A stretch of 64,000 bases of DNA from a virus, in IMG/VR virus record IMGVR_UViG_3300035070_002905, positions 32,001 through 96,000 of that record; one strand, 5' to 3'. Every line of letters starts with the position of its first letter. Positions within the stretch are counted from its first letter, which is position 1. The position numbers and the translations under genes were made by a program. Shown one piece after another: positions 26,556-37,162 of the stretch. The notes below the pieces were generated by a model that worked only from the letters and a program-made list of their open reading frames with translations, did no database searches and was not told where the DNA came from.

Positions 26556-28715
26556 TTAATCAACTCTGCCGGCAATACGTTTAATCTTAAAAACTGAACC
26601 AGCCTTTAAAACACAATTCGTACTTTGGGTGACGACTTCTAGTCGAACAGTGTTATTCGGGTTGATCTGCCTACGTGTTGATAGCGTAATACTCTGATAG
26701 TCGGCATCAGCCGGGTTTGCGTAAGTACGAGTTAAGTTAGAGTTTACCGATCCAATCTTTAACTCCGCCCATCGTAGGCCGTCACCTAGGAATGAACCAT
26801 TAAACTCCACTTCGTACGTACTAACCATATCTCCATTATCCATGCCTTGAGTGTTGCCCCAAGGAGAGTTGGTTTCTACGGTATTGAACGTTATGATATT
26901 AGCTCCACTCGCTAGTGGAATATCTGTATTACCTACGTAACAAACAGCGTATGGTTCATTAAAAGAGTCGAAGTTAATGTTGGCGAATCCATCGGAATCA
27001 ATACGGTCTGGTATCAGAGGTTGACCAGATGAGACGTATGCATTACGGAAGTCTACTTTAGCGAAGCCCGTGATACTGAAGTATACGCTAGAGTTATCAC
27101 CTCCTGGCAAGGAACAACCTTCGAACGATACATAAGTTCCATCAATATCGTACAATTTCTGATTTGAACTGTTGTCGTAACCAAACAACTTCAGGTTCAT
27201 ACCATTAACTTCCATTGTCTCAGTACCTCTAGCATAAAACAATTTTGCAACAACAACTGATGCGTCAGTAAATAAACTGTTCTCTGCTCCACACGATGTA
27301 AGTGTTGTACCTAAGCAAGTGTTGAAACTGTAAGCATATGGAGTGTCACCTGAAGTCACGCCCCAACCCCAATCATCTACTGTAGCATTTGTAAATGCTG
27401 AGTAAGATAGTCCGAAGAAGCTCCAACCATTTAACACACGAGACGCACCACAGTTGTTAACTGTCAAGCTTGTACCTGAAGCAGTCTTTGTACCGATAGT
27501 GGCGTGGTTGATAATGTGATGAGCATTACGGAAGTCTATTGACTCTAATAGTGTTCTGTAGATATCGTTTGTATGAATACCCGCATTAACATATTGGAAC
27601 TCAATATCACTCAGGTGTGAATGAGCGAAAGATGGCCCATAGATACCGCTAATAGTGTAGTCATCAAACAACGTATCTGGTGTATGACCCTTAACACGGA
27701 AGTCTCGGAATGTCAAACCCCATTGAGCAGTGGCATTAGCTAAGCCTCGGCCTTCATCTAAATCGGCACCATCAGTGGCACTTGCTAGTCGACGAGAAGC
27801 AGCGATCATAAAGATACAGTCTTCATTGTAAGTGTAGCCACGAGTACCTGCTCCGTTTAACGCAGAGAATGTAGCATTAAGCTGTAGGCTGTAGTTATCC
27901 GCGCCTTGGAAGATTGTTGCGTACTTACCAGCACCCTGTATAACGATACCATCACATTCGTACATCTGAATAGCATTAGAGACGATATAGATTCCGGCGG
28001 GGAAGAAAAGCGTGTTACCGTAAGTGATGTTCCCTTTAGTTGTAATGAAATCCACTGCCGCCTGAATAGCCGCAGTATCATCCGTTACGCCATCACCTAC
28101 TGCACCGAAGTCCTTGACGTTCACTACGTCTGCCGCTCGGTCTGCTAGAGTACGTGCAGTAGTTCCTCCGGTCGCCGTCGCATAGCCTAGACTAACGTCT
28201 GTACCTTCAGCTACATCGGTAGTTACCGGTTTGAAGTACGTTACGTCGATCTCGGCTGCAGCTGCAGGAGCTGTAGTAAAGATGATCTGTCCGGGCGCCG
28301 TAGTATAATCAGTACCCGCACGCGAGACTAGCCCGTCGACTACCACGAAGAACGCCTGTGGAAGTTCGGCTGAAGTCCCCGGAGCATCGAAGGTAGTGGT
28401 CGTACCGTCACCGGTCTGACGCGGCTGGATTAGCGGTGTAGCAGTAGCTGCAGTGATCTCACGTGCCCATAGGCCATTACCTAGCTGATAGTCTGCTACA
28501 GCCGTCTGGATTAAATAATCGCTAAGCGGTGAGATTACTTTAACGTAATCCCCTAGTCCTAGCGCCGTGCTGCCTACCATCGCGGCAACATTGTCGAATA
28601 CATTTGTGATTTGACGTTTAGAAGACGTCCACTTTATGCCGTCGTAGGCGTAAGTGAATTGTCCTTCAGTGTACGTCTGTCCAACCACTGGGTTGGACGG
28701 AAACGTTAGTGCCAT
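26556..28715 (-). CDS. Tailspike / receptor-binding protein
   Basis: FPSNPVVGQTY..YDGIKW, GDGTTTTFDAP module, NVKDFGAVGDG motif. Confidence 0.85.
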   Translation of the reverse strand: MALTFPSNPVVGQTYTEGQFTYAYDGIKWTSSKRQITNVFDNVAAMVGSTALGLGDYVKVISPLSDYLIQTAVADYQLGNGLWAREITAATATPLIQPRQTGDGTTTTFDAPGTSAELPQAFFVVVDGLVSRAGTDYTTAPGQIIFTTAPAAAAEIDVTYFKPVTTDVAEGTDVSLGYATATGGTTARTLADRAADVVNVKDFGAVGDGVTDDTAAIQAAVDFITTKGNITYGNTLFFPAGIYIVSNAIQMYECDGIVIQGAGKYATIFQGADNYSLQLNATFSALNGAGTRGYTYNEDCIFMIAASRRLASATDGADLDEGRGLANATAQWGLTFRDFRVKGHTPDTLFDDYTISGIYGPSFAHSHLSDIEFQYVNAGIHTNDIYRTLLESIDFRNAHHIINHATIGTKTASGTSLTVNNCGASRVLNGWSFFGLSYSAFTNATVDDWGWGVTSGDTPYAYSFNTCLGTTLTSCGAENSLFTDASVVVAKLFYARGTETMEVNGMNLKLFGYDNSSNQKLYDIDGTYVSFEGCSLPGGDNSSVYFSITGFAKVDFRNAYVSSGQPLIPDRIDSDGFANINFDSFNEPYAVCYVGNTDIPLASGANIITFNTVETNSPWGNTQGMDNGDMVSTYEVEFNGSFLGDGLRWAELKIGSVNSNLTRTYANPADADYQSITLSTRRQINPNNTVRLEVVTQSTNCVLKAGSVFKIKRIAGRVD

Positions 28716-28743
28716 TTGTTACTCCTTTGGTTAAGTTCTCTGT

Positions 28744-30633
28744 TTATCTAGCCCTATAGGAAAAAGAGCCGCCAATTATCACGGTCGGTGATGCAGGTAT
28801 ATCTGCATCACTTAGAAGTGTCTGACCGTCAGGTTTGTATAATGTAATTACAGCGCCCCCGCCAGTTAAAGACATAACTCCACTCGTACTCGCAACGCCA
28901 CCAGTAAAGTTTTGATATCTAACTGAGGCATGCGCGTCCTCATCCACATTAATAGGGAATGGCAATCCCTGTATAGTACAAGATCCGGTCTGGGATCCAA
29001 CTGCGTTAACGTACATAGAAAAGTTAACTGTAACCATGTCATCAATTCTACTCCATGTTCCGCTTTGCTTAACATAAGCAATTCCAGAACTAGATCCCCC
29101 AATAAACAACTCAGGGGTCCATTCACCTTGTTGTATCGTTGTTATTAGGTTATCACGTCGATAGTCATGTAATTCAGGGATGATTTCAGTATAGAGGCCA
29201 TTCGGGCCATCATAGGTGTACTTAGACGTACTTGGCTTTGTTACATACATTGACGGAAATCTAAAATAGGTCGGCGGGTTAGTCCAATGAATTTTTGCAT
29301 CATCCTTTAATATCACGGATTCTTTAAAATAATCCACTGGAGATACCAATGGTAAGGGCCTATCCATCTCGCCACTGATAAATGTTATATCATCACCAGC
29401 CATTGCACTAACCATATACACGGGGTGCGTTGGAGTCTGTCTGTTTAAGTCTTGCCACTTGAAAAATGATCTGTGATTTACTACGGTTACTTTGTTATTT
29501 CCCTCGAAGTTGAAATAAATACCCTTCTCGACTGGATAGTTTGCATCAAGAGGGGTTAGCGTAAATCCTTCATTCCCACAGGATACCAGTGTTAAACACG
29601 TTGCATTTCTAAATGTAAAAGCCGCCTTATATGGGATATCACATCCGCAACCAACTATCTCAGAATATGTATGACCGAATATGTATCCGCCTAGGCCACA
29701 CCAAAGGGCCTCACATCCTTTGAAGTTTGTTGTTGTACCGCTCTGTGTCTCTATCGTTCCATACCCCTGAAAGCTTGTAACCTCAGATAACCATGGCTGC
29801 TTCATAAATAGCATCGTGCCTGTATTGTGGCAGCATACGTCCCTAATAAAAACGCTGTCTCCAGTTGAATAGTAAACGCCGTACGTATTCTGTTGCGAGT
29901 CTAATCCACCACCGCTTATATTTGGGTACCCAGTAGATATGTTCCCTCTGAGTGCGATATTTTCTAGTCTTTGATTTCCCGAGTGATATCTAGTTAAATC
30001 AGAAGGGTAATCAGGATGACGCTGATTATTGTGCATTTGAATTATCGAGTCGTTACCAGCTTCATCAAGGTTATTGGTACTTTTCCATATCGTACAAACC
30101 CACTCAGTTGCATCAATAGTTGGAGTCTGGCTACCAATTAGTGATTTATAAGGAGGAAGAATGATCGGATCGTGAATTTCGTAAAGACCCTCTGGAACAA
30201 AGGTAACAGCATGATTCGAGATGCAAGCTCTAAACGCAGGTTCCCAATTATCCCCCACCCTCGAATTCTCATAATCTAAAACATTTCCGATATCTGAAAA
30301 TCTATCGTAAAGTGTTCTAGGCGTATTACTACCTGCCGCCGTCACTAGGATCTCGTTACCTACTGCGTCGACCAGACCCTGAGGAGCATCTTCGACCCAT
30401 TGGCCTTGAGAAGTCCCTTCGTTCACGTGCCAGATATACGTCAGGCCGTTAGAATCGTCAAACCACTGGAGTCCCGGCTCGGGTGCTGCCGGTGGAGTAG
30501 CGCTCTGGATTTTAACGGCAGAGCTACCGTATTTAATAACTGATGTCCACTTAGTACCGTCCCACGTGTAACGGTAGTCTCCATACTCGTAGACCTGCCC
30601 TACGATCGGGGCGGTTGGGAAGCTAATAGCCAT
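28744..30633 (-). CDS. Tailspike / receptor-binding protein
   Basis: FPTAPIVGQVY..WDGTKW, QWFDDSNGLTYIW, FVPEGLY; GEWTP..Y.KQSG.W.RIDDMV C-terminal domain. Confidence 0.8.
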   Translation of the reverse strand: MAISFPTAPIVGQVYEYGDYRYTWDGTKWTSVIKYGSSAVKIQSATPPAAPEPGLQWFDDSNGLTYIWHVNEGTSQGQWVEDAPQGLVDAVGNEILVTAAGSNTPRTLYDRFSDIGNVLDYENSRVGDNWEPAFRACISNHAVTFVPEGLYEIHDPIILPPYKSLIGSQTPTIDATEWVCTIWKSTNNLDEAGNDSIIQMHNNQRHPDYPSDLTRYHSGNQRLENIALRGNISTGYPNISGGGLDSQQNTYGVYYSTGDSVFIRDVCCHNTGTMLFMKQPWLSEVTSFQGYGTIETQSGTTTNFKGCEALWCGLGGYIFGHTYSEIVGCGCDIPYKAAFTFRNATCLTLVSCGNEGFTLTPLDANYPVEKGIYFNFEGNNKVTVVNHRSFFKWQDLNRQTPTHPVYMVSAMAGDDITFISGEMDRPLPLVSPVDYFKESVILKDDAKIHWTNPPTYFRFPSMYVTKPSTSKYTYDGPNGLYTEIIPELHDYRRDNLITTIQQGEWTPELFIGGSSSGIAYVKQSGTWSRIDDMVTVNFSMYVNAVGSQTGSCTIQGLPFPINVDEDAHASVRYQNFTGGVASTSGVMSLTGGGAVITLYKPDGQTLLSDADIPASPTVIIGGSFSYRAR

Positions 30634-30727
30634 ATATGACTCTCCTTATGTTATGATTGCCGGGTGATCAATCCGGGTGTACTACTATTTTAGGCAAAAA
30701 GAAAGCCGCCCGAAGGTGGCCTTGTTG

Positions 30728-33700
30728 TTAGATTAGTTTCCAGTCTGAGGATCCGGATCCTATAGAGTTAACTACCATGTATGCATTGTTGGCTGTTACA
30801 TCTACGTATACCTGTCCGTAGTAAGTGCCGCTAAACGCAGGAGGAACTGATCCTATCTGAGCAAACGGGCCTAGATTGACGAAGGATGTTACTGTGGCAT
30901 CCTGTCTAATAGAGGTTTGACGGATACCCTTCAGTACCATATCGTTCGTACCCTCTACTAACTCTACCACGGTACCAGCTACTACTATAGATCTAATAGC
31001 TTCTACTCTATCAGAGACTACCTTATTATCAGATATATTTGCAGTCGAGGCATCTTGAACCCATATACCTGCCCTCGAGCTAGTAGGAGAGGTGACGGAG
31101 CAGTATTCGTCTACAATGTTATTTTTAACATCTATACTAGTAGAAGAGGAGTCTCCTCGAACTGATATAGGAGTAACTGAAGTGTTCCGTATGATATTAT
31201 CGGAAACCACTGCATTACCCGTCACCCATGCGTATATACCGTTCTTATCTATAGTAGATTGGAATCTACCGTCGATTATATTATTAGTGATATACGCGTT
31301 GACAGCAGACTGGTTAGACACGGATACTCCACAACCTAGGAAGGTGTTAGATACTATCGATATGTCACTTACAGGAGATCCTGAATCGATCTGTACCAGT
31401 AAGGCTCCTGCCATGGCACTAGCCCCTGCACCTCCATCGAAAGTATTTCCGCTGACAACAATGGAAGTATCCGCAACAGAACCTCGGTTCCTGAGGACTA
31501 CAAGATCCTGCTCTACGTTACCTACAAATCCATTAGCAGTTACTTGATTATCAGTTATACGCAAGACTCCCTTTCGATAAGTATTGGCGTCCCAGTCAGT
31601 GGAGTTACCTCCGGCATCTATAAAAGTACCTCTACCTACCTCTGCATAGAAGCACTGTACGATATTCCCAGATATCGTATGCTCCATACTTATAGGTTCA
31701 GTAATCTTAATAGCTGATGCACCTACCGAGTTACGGATGGTATTATCTATATAAGATATGCGGTGACCGCCTAGAGTACATCCTCCATCGATATAGTTAC
31801 CCTGGAACGTAATGTTCTCTCCATTACCATGAGTATCTACAGCTCCTACTGAAGTAGTACAGATAGAAGTACAGTTCGTAACTTGGCTGTTACGTACTAC
31901 TATAGACCCGTTAGATCCACCTCCTCCATGAGCTATTCCGTGTCGAATAGACTTAAAGAAGCTGTTAGTTAACGTCAGGTCCTGACAGTTACTTACACTA
32001 TAGCCATAATACGTGTTGTTAGGGCTAGCTAAGCGATTACTCATATCTACTACTAAGTTCGTAGAGGATACATACCTGCATCGGTCTACTAATATGGCAG
32101 CGTAATCAAAAGAGTTCGCCTTTATATCCTCCAGGTGCAATCCCATAACTCCTGCGATTCGCAACCCAAAGTCTTGAGTTAAGTTCTCTTCACAGACTAG
32201 ACTGAATCCTTTAGCCGTAAAAGAAGTACCTGTGTGTCGGTATATACGGACATCCGTAAGATCGTTATATCCGTCGTATAGAGATTCCTTACTATATACA
32301 GTATTTCCTATTACCTGATTAACCTCTAGGAACTCTCCTTTATAATAGTTATCTCTGGCAGGATTAAAGGATCCTATAGTTGCATCCCATATGATCAGTT
32401 CGTCGCCTGCGCTTATGCTAGATGCGTCTACTACGTCTATAGACCTCTCCCCTACTTCACCTACGGTAGATGCCAGAGTAGTCACCTGGGTAAGCCAGTT
32501 AGAGTCGTCCTCCCCATACCTAAACGCTGTAGTTATAGAATCTCCCGAGATGATAAATCGTACTGAGTCAGAGCCCTCTCCCTTAAAGGCACTACATGGG
32601 GTGAGGTCTATTTGAGACGTTATTTTATAGCTTCCAGGAGGAGTATAAACCGATCCTCTAGTATTAATGGCTGCCTGGATAGCTGCAGTATCATCCGTTA
32701 CACCATCGCCTACTGCACCGAAGTCCTTAACGTTTACTACATCGGCGAAACGCTGGTTAAGTGCACGAGCCTGCGTAGAGCCTACTGAAAGAATCTCTGC
32801 TGCGTTAATCGACTCAGCCGTCTGTGCCGCCGCCTGTGGAGAATCATCTACCCATTGATAGCTATTCCCATCGTTGAACCAGATGTATGTACGTCCAGAT
32901 TCTGTATCGTACCAGCGAGCATTGTCTACTGGGTTCTCTGGAGGAGTAGGCTGTACGTATGAACGTGAGTCACTTGCCTCTGAACGAATCTGTGCGATCT
33001 CGGTTAGTACGTTGTTAAGATCCTCTGTACCTAGCTCACCGTTCTGGTAGTGGCTCGACTTGATACATAGTACGTACGCCACGTTATCCGGACGAGTCTC
33101 TGCACCGCCTGCCGCTACGCCAGTACCGTTAGCTACTAGAGCTGAAGTGCCTGCTCCGGTAGGAACCTGACCGATGCCGTAAGGAGTTCCACCTACAGTA
33201 AGATCCATCTCGCCTACAGAAGAGCCTTGCTGACTACCGATTACTCGTGCCTGCATTGTACCAAAGAACTGTAGCGTAGCCACCGTCCAGTACTGATCGC
33301 TGTTAGGGTGTTGCAGACCGCCTGCGCCTAGTACACGCCAGTGACGGTGTGCAGCCAGTTCAGTCGATGCGATTGTTACCAGTGCGTTGTTCGTATTGCC
33401 TGGTACGACTGCCGAAGCGTCAAACCATACGCCACCATCGTCAGAATACTGAAGACGGATCTGGCTAGGCAGGTATTGAGCGCCTAGAGATTCTGCATTG
33501 AACAGAGTGATCGAGTTAACTGTAGTCGGAGCATCGAACGAGTAGCCGATAGACTGATCTGCGAAGTTAACCGTAGTCGTAGTCGATGTATTACCATCCC
33601 ATAGATTCTCTGTAGTACCTGGGAATGTAGTAGTCATCCAGCGGCCTAGCTCGTTGGCAATCAACTGGCTTGGAATCTGCGTAGTATCTGTACCTGCACC

Positions 33701-34606
33701 GAAGTCGTAGCATCGTACGAAGTCGCCGCGTGAATCTGGTAGAGTAGCCACTTCCGCTGCAGGGTTACCTGTCAGGAATGTCACTAGCTCTGGGTACATA
33801 GAACGAGTGATCGTTCCACCGATTGTACGCAACCAGCCTGCCGGTACGTTGTTATTCGGGAAGTAACCCATAAAGCCTACCGGTACATCTGCCACGCGTG
33901 TAGCTGCAGGAATACCGATGTGACGTACGCTGATAGTCTCCGAGCGAGGCACGAAGTTAAGCGTCAGGACATTACCTGCCAGACTGTACTCAGTAGTCGA
34001 TAGGATCGAACCGTTACGGATAACAATTACAGATGAACGGCTAGGAGCCTGACGGCTAAGCGTAATGTCACGTGTGTTGTTAGCTGCAGAGAATACATGC
34101 TGCTCTTCGGTGATCTCGTTAACGTTGTACGGGTGGTTAACCTGGCTGATCTGCCATTGCGTACCGTCGAAGATCAACTGGATGTAAGCGTTACGTAGAT
34201 CTAGTACTAGGTCTGTATCGCCTTCAATCGTAGAGCCTGTAGGTATAACCGTTACTGGACTTACTGCGAAAGACGAGTCTCGGTCGGCTACTGCTACTAG
34301 ATTACCTACTACTGGATTAGCCGGTAGCGTGATTGTGATACCACCTGCAGCCATGTAGCCGATCTTATCGGTAGCCGTTACGTCGGCATCGGCGTTAATC
34401 CATGATAGGCCCTGTGGAGGTAGGCTAGACCACTGGATGCCGCTATCACCGCCTCCAGAAAATGCTTCCAGGAATTTACCGCCCTGGCCGGCGTATCCCG
34501 GAGCATCGTTAAGATCACTCCAGTTTAGTACCGCTTTGACTTCCGTGCGGATATGCTCCAGAAGTTCGTCGGATATGGTAGAAATACCAACTCTTGTATT
34601 TGCCAT
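30728..34606 (-). CDS. Large multidomain tail fibre/tailspike (probable anchoring RBP)
   Basis: Collar-like PVGFMGYF...LPDSRGDFVR, ETRPDNVA, a discoidin-like segment, WYDTESGRTYIW, NVKDFGAVGDG plus beta-helix. Confidence 0.85.
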   Translation of the reverse strand: MANTRVGISTISDELLEHIRTEVKAVLNWSDLNDAPGYAGQGGKFLEAFSGGGDSGIQWSSLPPQGLSWINADADVTATDKIGYMAAGGITITLPANPVVGNLVAVADRDSSFAVSPVTVIPTGSTIEGDTDLVLDLRNAYIQLIFDGTQWQISQVNHPYNVNEITEEQHVFSAANNTRDITLSRQAPSRSSVIVIRNGSILSTTEYSLAGNVLTLNFVPRSETISVRHIGIPAATRVADVPVGFMGYFPNNNVPAGWLRTIGGTITRSMYPELVTFLTGNPAAEVATLPDSRGDFVRCYDFGAGTDTTQIPSQLIANELGRWMTTTFPGTTENLWDGNTSTTTTVNFADQSIGYSFDAPTTVNSITLFNAESLGAQYLPSQIRLQYSDDGGVWFDASAVVPGNTNNALVTIASTELAAHRHWRVLGAGGLQHPNSDQYWTVATLQFFGTMQARVIGSQQGSSVGEMDLTVGGTPYGIGQVPTGAGTSALVANGTGVAAGGAETRPDNVAYVLCIKSSHYQNGELGTEDLNNVLTEIAQIRSEASDSRSYVQPTPPENPVDNARWYDTESGRTYIWFNDGNSYQWVDDSPQAAAQTAESINAAEILSVGSTQARALNQRFADVVNVKDFGAVGDGVTDDTAAIQAAINTRGSVYTPPGSYKITSQIDLTPCSAFKGEGSDSVRFIISGDSITTAFRYGEDDSNWLTQVTTLASTVGEVGERSIDVVDASSISAGDELIIWDATIGSFNPARDNYYKGEFLEVNQVIGNTVYSKESLYDGYNDLTDVRIYRHTGTSFTAKGFSLVCEENLTQDFGLRIAGVMGLHLEDIKANSFDYAAILVDRCRYVSSTNLVVDMSNRLASPNNTYYGYSVSNCQDLTLTNSFFKSIRHGIAHGGGGSNGSIVVRNSQVTNCTSICTTSVGAVDTHGNGENITFQGNYIDGGCTLGGHRISYIDNTIRNSVGASAIKITEPISMEHTISGNIVQCFYAEVGRGTFIDAGGNSTDWDANTYRKGVLRITDNQVTANGFVGNVEQDLVVLRNRGSVADTSIVVSGNTFDGGAGASAMAGALLVQIDSGSPVSDISIVSNTFLGCGVSVSNQSAVNAYITNNIIDGRFQSTIDKNGIYAWVTGNAVVSDNIIRNTSVTPISVRGDSSSTSIDVKNNIVDEYCSVTSPTSSRAGIWVQDASTANISDNKVVSDRVEAIRSIVVAGTVVELVEGTNDMVLKGIRQTSIRQDATVTSFVNLGPFAQIGSVPPAFSGTYYGQVYVDVTANNAYMVVNSIGSGSSDWKLI

Positions 34607-34668
34607 TCTTGGCTCCTTTAGTTACGTTGCGCGCGCTATACTCTATTTTACACATAATAGGGATTTCG

Positions 34669-34682
34669 GTTATAAGTGATAT
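34669..34682 (+). promoter_or_regulatory. Class A promoter-like motif GTTATAAGTGATAT, divergent from the class B motif at 34644-34650
   Basis: Located at the strand switch. Confidence 0.65.
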
Positions 34683-34719
34683 AGAGAGGGACATGATAAC
34701 GACTATCTATGGAGGATTG

Positions 34720-35217
34720 ATGGATCATACTGAATATTACCTAGGGATCGACCCTGCATGGAAGACCTGTGCGGTAGCCTTGATGAACGATCGTAATGAA
34801 GTCATTAAGTCTATCGTACTGGACCCGTCTACCATGGAGATGGCCGAGGTTCCCGATGTAGTAGAAGCTTGGCTGGGAGGTGGATTCCACCAGATTATCG
34901 GCTGCTGCATGGAGCGTTTCGTCTACTATGAAGGCGTGCACAATCCAGACAGCGAGCGGATTCTGATGGTAATCGGCCAGCTACAATATTGGTTACGCAC
35001 TAAGAACATTCCCTGTACGCTCTGGAGAGCATACGATTGGAAGAGTCGTCTTAGTAAGCACTTATTTAAAGAACGGGATTTCCGTAATCCCAGTGATCGC
35101 TTCGATAAGGTATTCTCAGTGGCAGCTGCAGAATGTTGTACCGGCGTGAAATTCGAAACAGACCACGAGGCCGATGCAGGATGCTTGGCCTATCTAGCAG
35201 GAGCTATGTATGCATAA
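34720..35217 (+). CDS. RuvC-like Holliday junction resolvase
   Basis: YLGIDP, CCMER, DHEADA acidic motifs; SD GGAGG before the ATG at 34720. Confidence 0.75.
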   Translation: MDHTEYYLGIDPAWKTCAVALMNDRNEVIKSIVLDPSTMEMAEVPDVVEAWLGGGFHQIIGCCMERFVYYEGVHNPDSERILMVIGQLQYWLRTKNIPCTLWRAYDWKSRLSKHLFKERDFRNPSDRFDKVFSVAAAECCTGVKFETDHEADAGCLAYLAGAMYA

Positions 35218-35920
35218 GTTTACTGAGTACCAAGGACGAGTACTCAATAGTGTAGAATACAACGGCGTGCCTTACGCGCGCATGGGCGATATCATCGAGT
35301 GCATTGTACCGGGCGGCTGGTCGGACTACGAGCAGGTACTCAACTCGGATCAGGGTCTCATCGAAGATCTCGACTTGATATATCTACCGGATGATGTATT
35401 CTGTGAAGCTGATGGCTGGCACATTCCAGTCAGTAAAATAAGCTGCTGGTTATTCACCATTAAAGTCCGCGACTGCGATGACGATATGCAGGATCGCTTC
35501 CGTACCTTCCGACGTGACTGTGAGAAATCCTTTCGAGTCACTTGGGGTATGGACGTCGAGGACGTACGGGTACGCGTGCGCGAGATGCCCTTCCAGGAGC
35601 AGGCGTCTTACGAGGAGCTACTCTGGGCCTTCCGATCTCTAGGAGTTCCAGTAGAAGATGAACCTGATGAGTTAATCATCTACGACGTACTAACTAATCT
35701 CGCCTCGCATAGTGAATGCGGACGGGCTGGACAGAAACTGGCAGACATGCTGACGTACATCGACGACCTTCCCGGTGGCGAGTACATCTTGGAATACATT
35801 GAAAACTACTTACTAAATCGCCTACCGGACTCGGTGGATCTGCAGGACTTCCTTGAAGAGCTAGACCGCCGCGTATCGTTTATGGCAAGCCAATTCATAG
35901 GAGAAACAAATGCAAAATAA
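35210..35920 (+). CDS. Antirepressor N-terminal (P22 Ant-N-like) domain protein
   Basis: VEYNGVPYARMGDIIE..GW...IPVSKISCWLFTI. Confidence 0.55.
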   Translation: MHKFTEYQGRVLNSVEYNGVPYARMGDIIECIVPGGWSDYEQVLNSDQGLIEDLDLIYLPDDVFCEADGWHIPVSKISCWLFTIKVRDCDDDMQDRFRTFRRDCEKSFRVTWGMDVEDVRVRVREMPFQEQASYEELLWAFRSLGVPVEDEPDELIIYDVLTNLASHSECGRAGQKLADMLTYIDDLPGGEYILEYIENYLLNRLPDSVDLQDFLEELDRRVSFMASQFIGETNAK

Positions 35921-36491
35921 GATTCACGATATCATGGACCACGCCTGGGATCATCCTGCAGTGGACGAAGTACACACCATGCGAGTTGGCTTAATCACAA
36001 ACACCGTTGGACAGGCTCGTCCTGTCGTCATTACAGATCTAGATGATATTATGTTAGAAGAACCTAAAGTGGACCTCTCTAAGATCATCGAAGAACTGCC
36101 TCTAATCGTACACTTCGGTGTCGACCATCTTATCGCTGTACTAATCGTCTTGGACGCTGACTCTGGTAAAATTCAGTGCTATCCTTTCAGTAATGATAAT
36201 GAACATAACAAATGGTTCGTCTACGATATCGCGTTCGACATTGTCGATCATGATAAAGTGGAAGTCCGTCCAGTTCATCCATGGGTCACTGTTGCAGATG
36301 ATCTTTACCAAGAAACTTACGAGCATATGGAGGCATTAGCATCTGTATGTATGTCATTCCTCACTCGATTGGGTGAAGGGACTCTAGTAGAATCAGAGGA
36401 TAACTTCGAGCGACTCAATAAGAAGCGCACGAAGAATGGGAAATTTCCTCGACGACCTAATTGGAACTTAATATGTGGAAGCCAAGTTTAG
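35910..36491 (+). CDS. Hypothetical protein
   Basis: SD AGGAG. Confidence 0.6.
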   Translation: MQNKIHDIMDHAWDHPAVDEVHTMRVGLITNTVGQARPVVITDLDDIMLEEPKVDLSKIIEELPLIVHFGVDHLIAVLIVLDADSGKIQCYPFSNDNEHNKWFVYDIAFDIVDHDKVEVRPVHPWVTVADDLYQETYEHMEALASVCMSFLTRLGEGTLVESEDNFERLNKKRTKNGKFPRRPNWNLICGSQV

Positions 36492-37162
36492 AATTTACTT
36501 TACGATTGAAATGGTTTACTTTTACTACTAAGATCGTTCACATGTACCGCAAGGTACGTGACAAGGTGATGAACTATATCACTAAGCACGACCTTGAAGA
36601 GTGCAACGGAACTTCTATGGCTGCGGCATTCGCTGGCGGCACATGCGTAGGTATTACTGCAACTTCAAACCATGCAGGGAACCGTGATGTCACGGTACCT
36701 GCGGGTATTCTACTAGGCGCTGGCGCTGTGGTAGGAACTATTGCTATGCTCTGCTGGGGTAGAATGCCGGGGAGCAAGAGAGAGCTTACAGAGGAAGAGT
36801 GGGATACCGCTCTGCAGATAGTCGGAATGACTAACCTGACCTGTGTAGCTACTACTATGCCTAAGCACGTCGATATTGCATACGCTATGGTTACCGGAAC
36901 CAGTCTCCTGGAGATTGACGACGAGGAACTACGCGATCGATTCATGCCTAAAGAGGAGGAGCCGGATTTCGATGAAAGTAACTTCTTCATGAGCGACGAT
37001 GACGACGAAGAAGATGACGAGGACGACTGGAAGAGTACGCCTAAGAAATCGAAAAGAAAAATGAACTTGGACTGGGACTTCCCAATTAAAGATCCAGATG
37101 ACTACAGGGAAAGTAAGTTAGAGGATAAATACTCAGGAGATAAATCATGGCTAGTGATCTAA
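36461..37162 (+). CDS. Hypothetical membrane protein with acidic tract (start uncertain)
   Basis: Hydrophobic segment; DDDDEEDDEDD. Confidence 0.55.
   Translation: MELNMWKPSLEFTLRLKWFTFTTKIVHMYRKVRDKVMNYITKHDLEECNGTSMAAAFAGGTCVGITATSNHAGNRDVTVPAGILLGAGAVVGTIAMLCWGRMPGSKRELTEEEWDTALQIVGMTNLTCVATTMPKHVDIAYAMVTGTSLLEIDDEELRDRFMPKEEEPDFDESNFFMSDDDDEEDDEDDWKSTPKKSKRKMNLDWDFPIKDPDDYRESKLEDKYSGDKSWLVI

Noticed and set aside
18761-34606. Diversity-generating retroelement or invertase shufflon acting on the tail fibres
   Set aside because: No reverse transcriptase or recombinase in the window; all RBP genes are co-oriented; no adenine-specific TR/VR pair seen.
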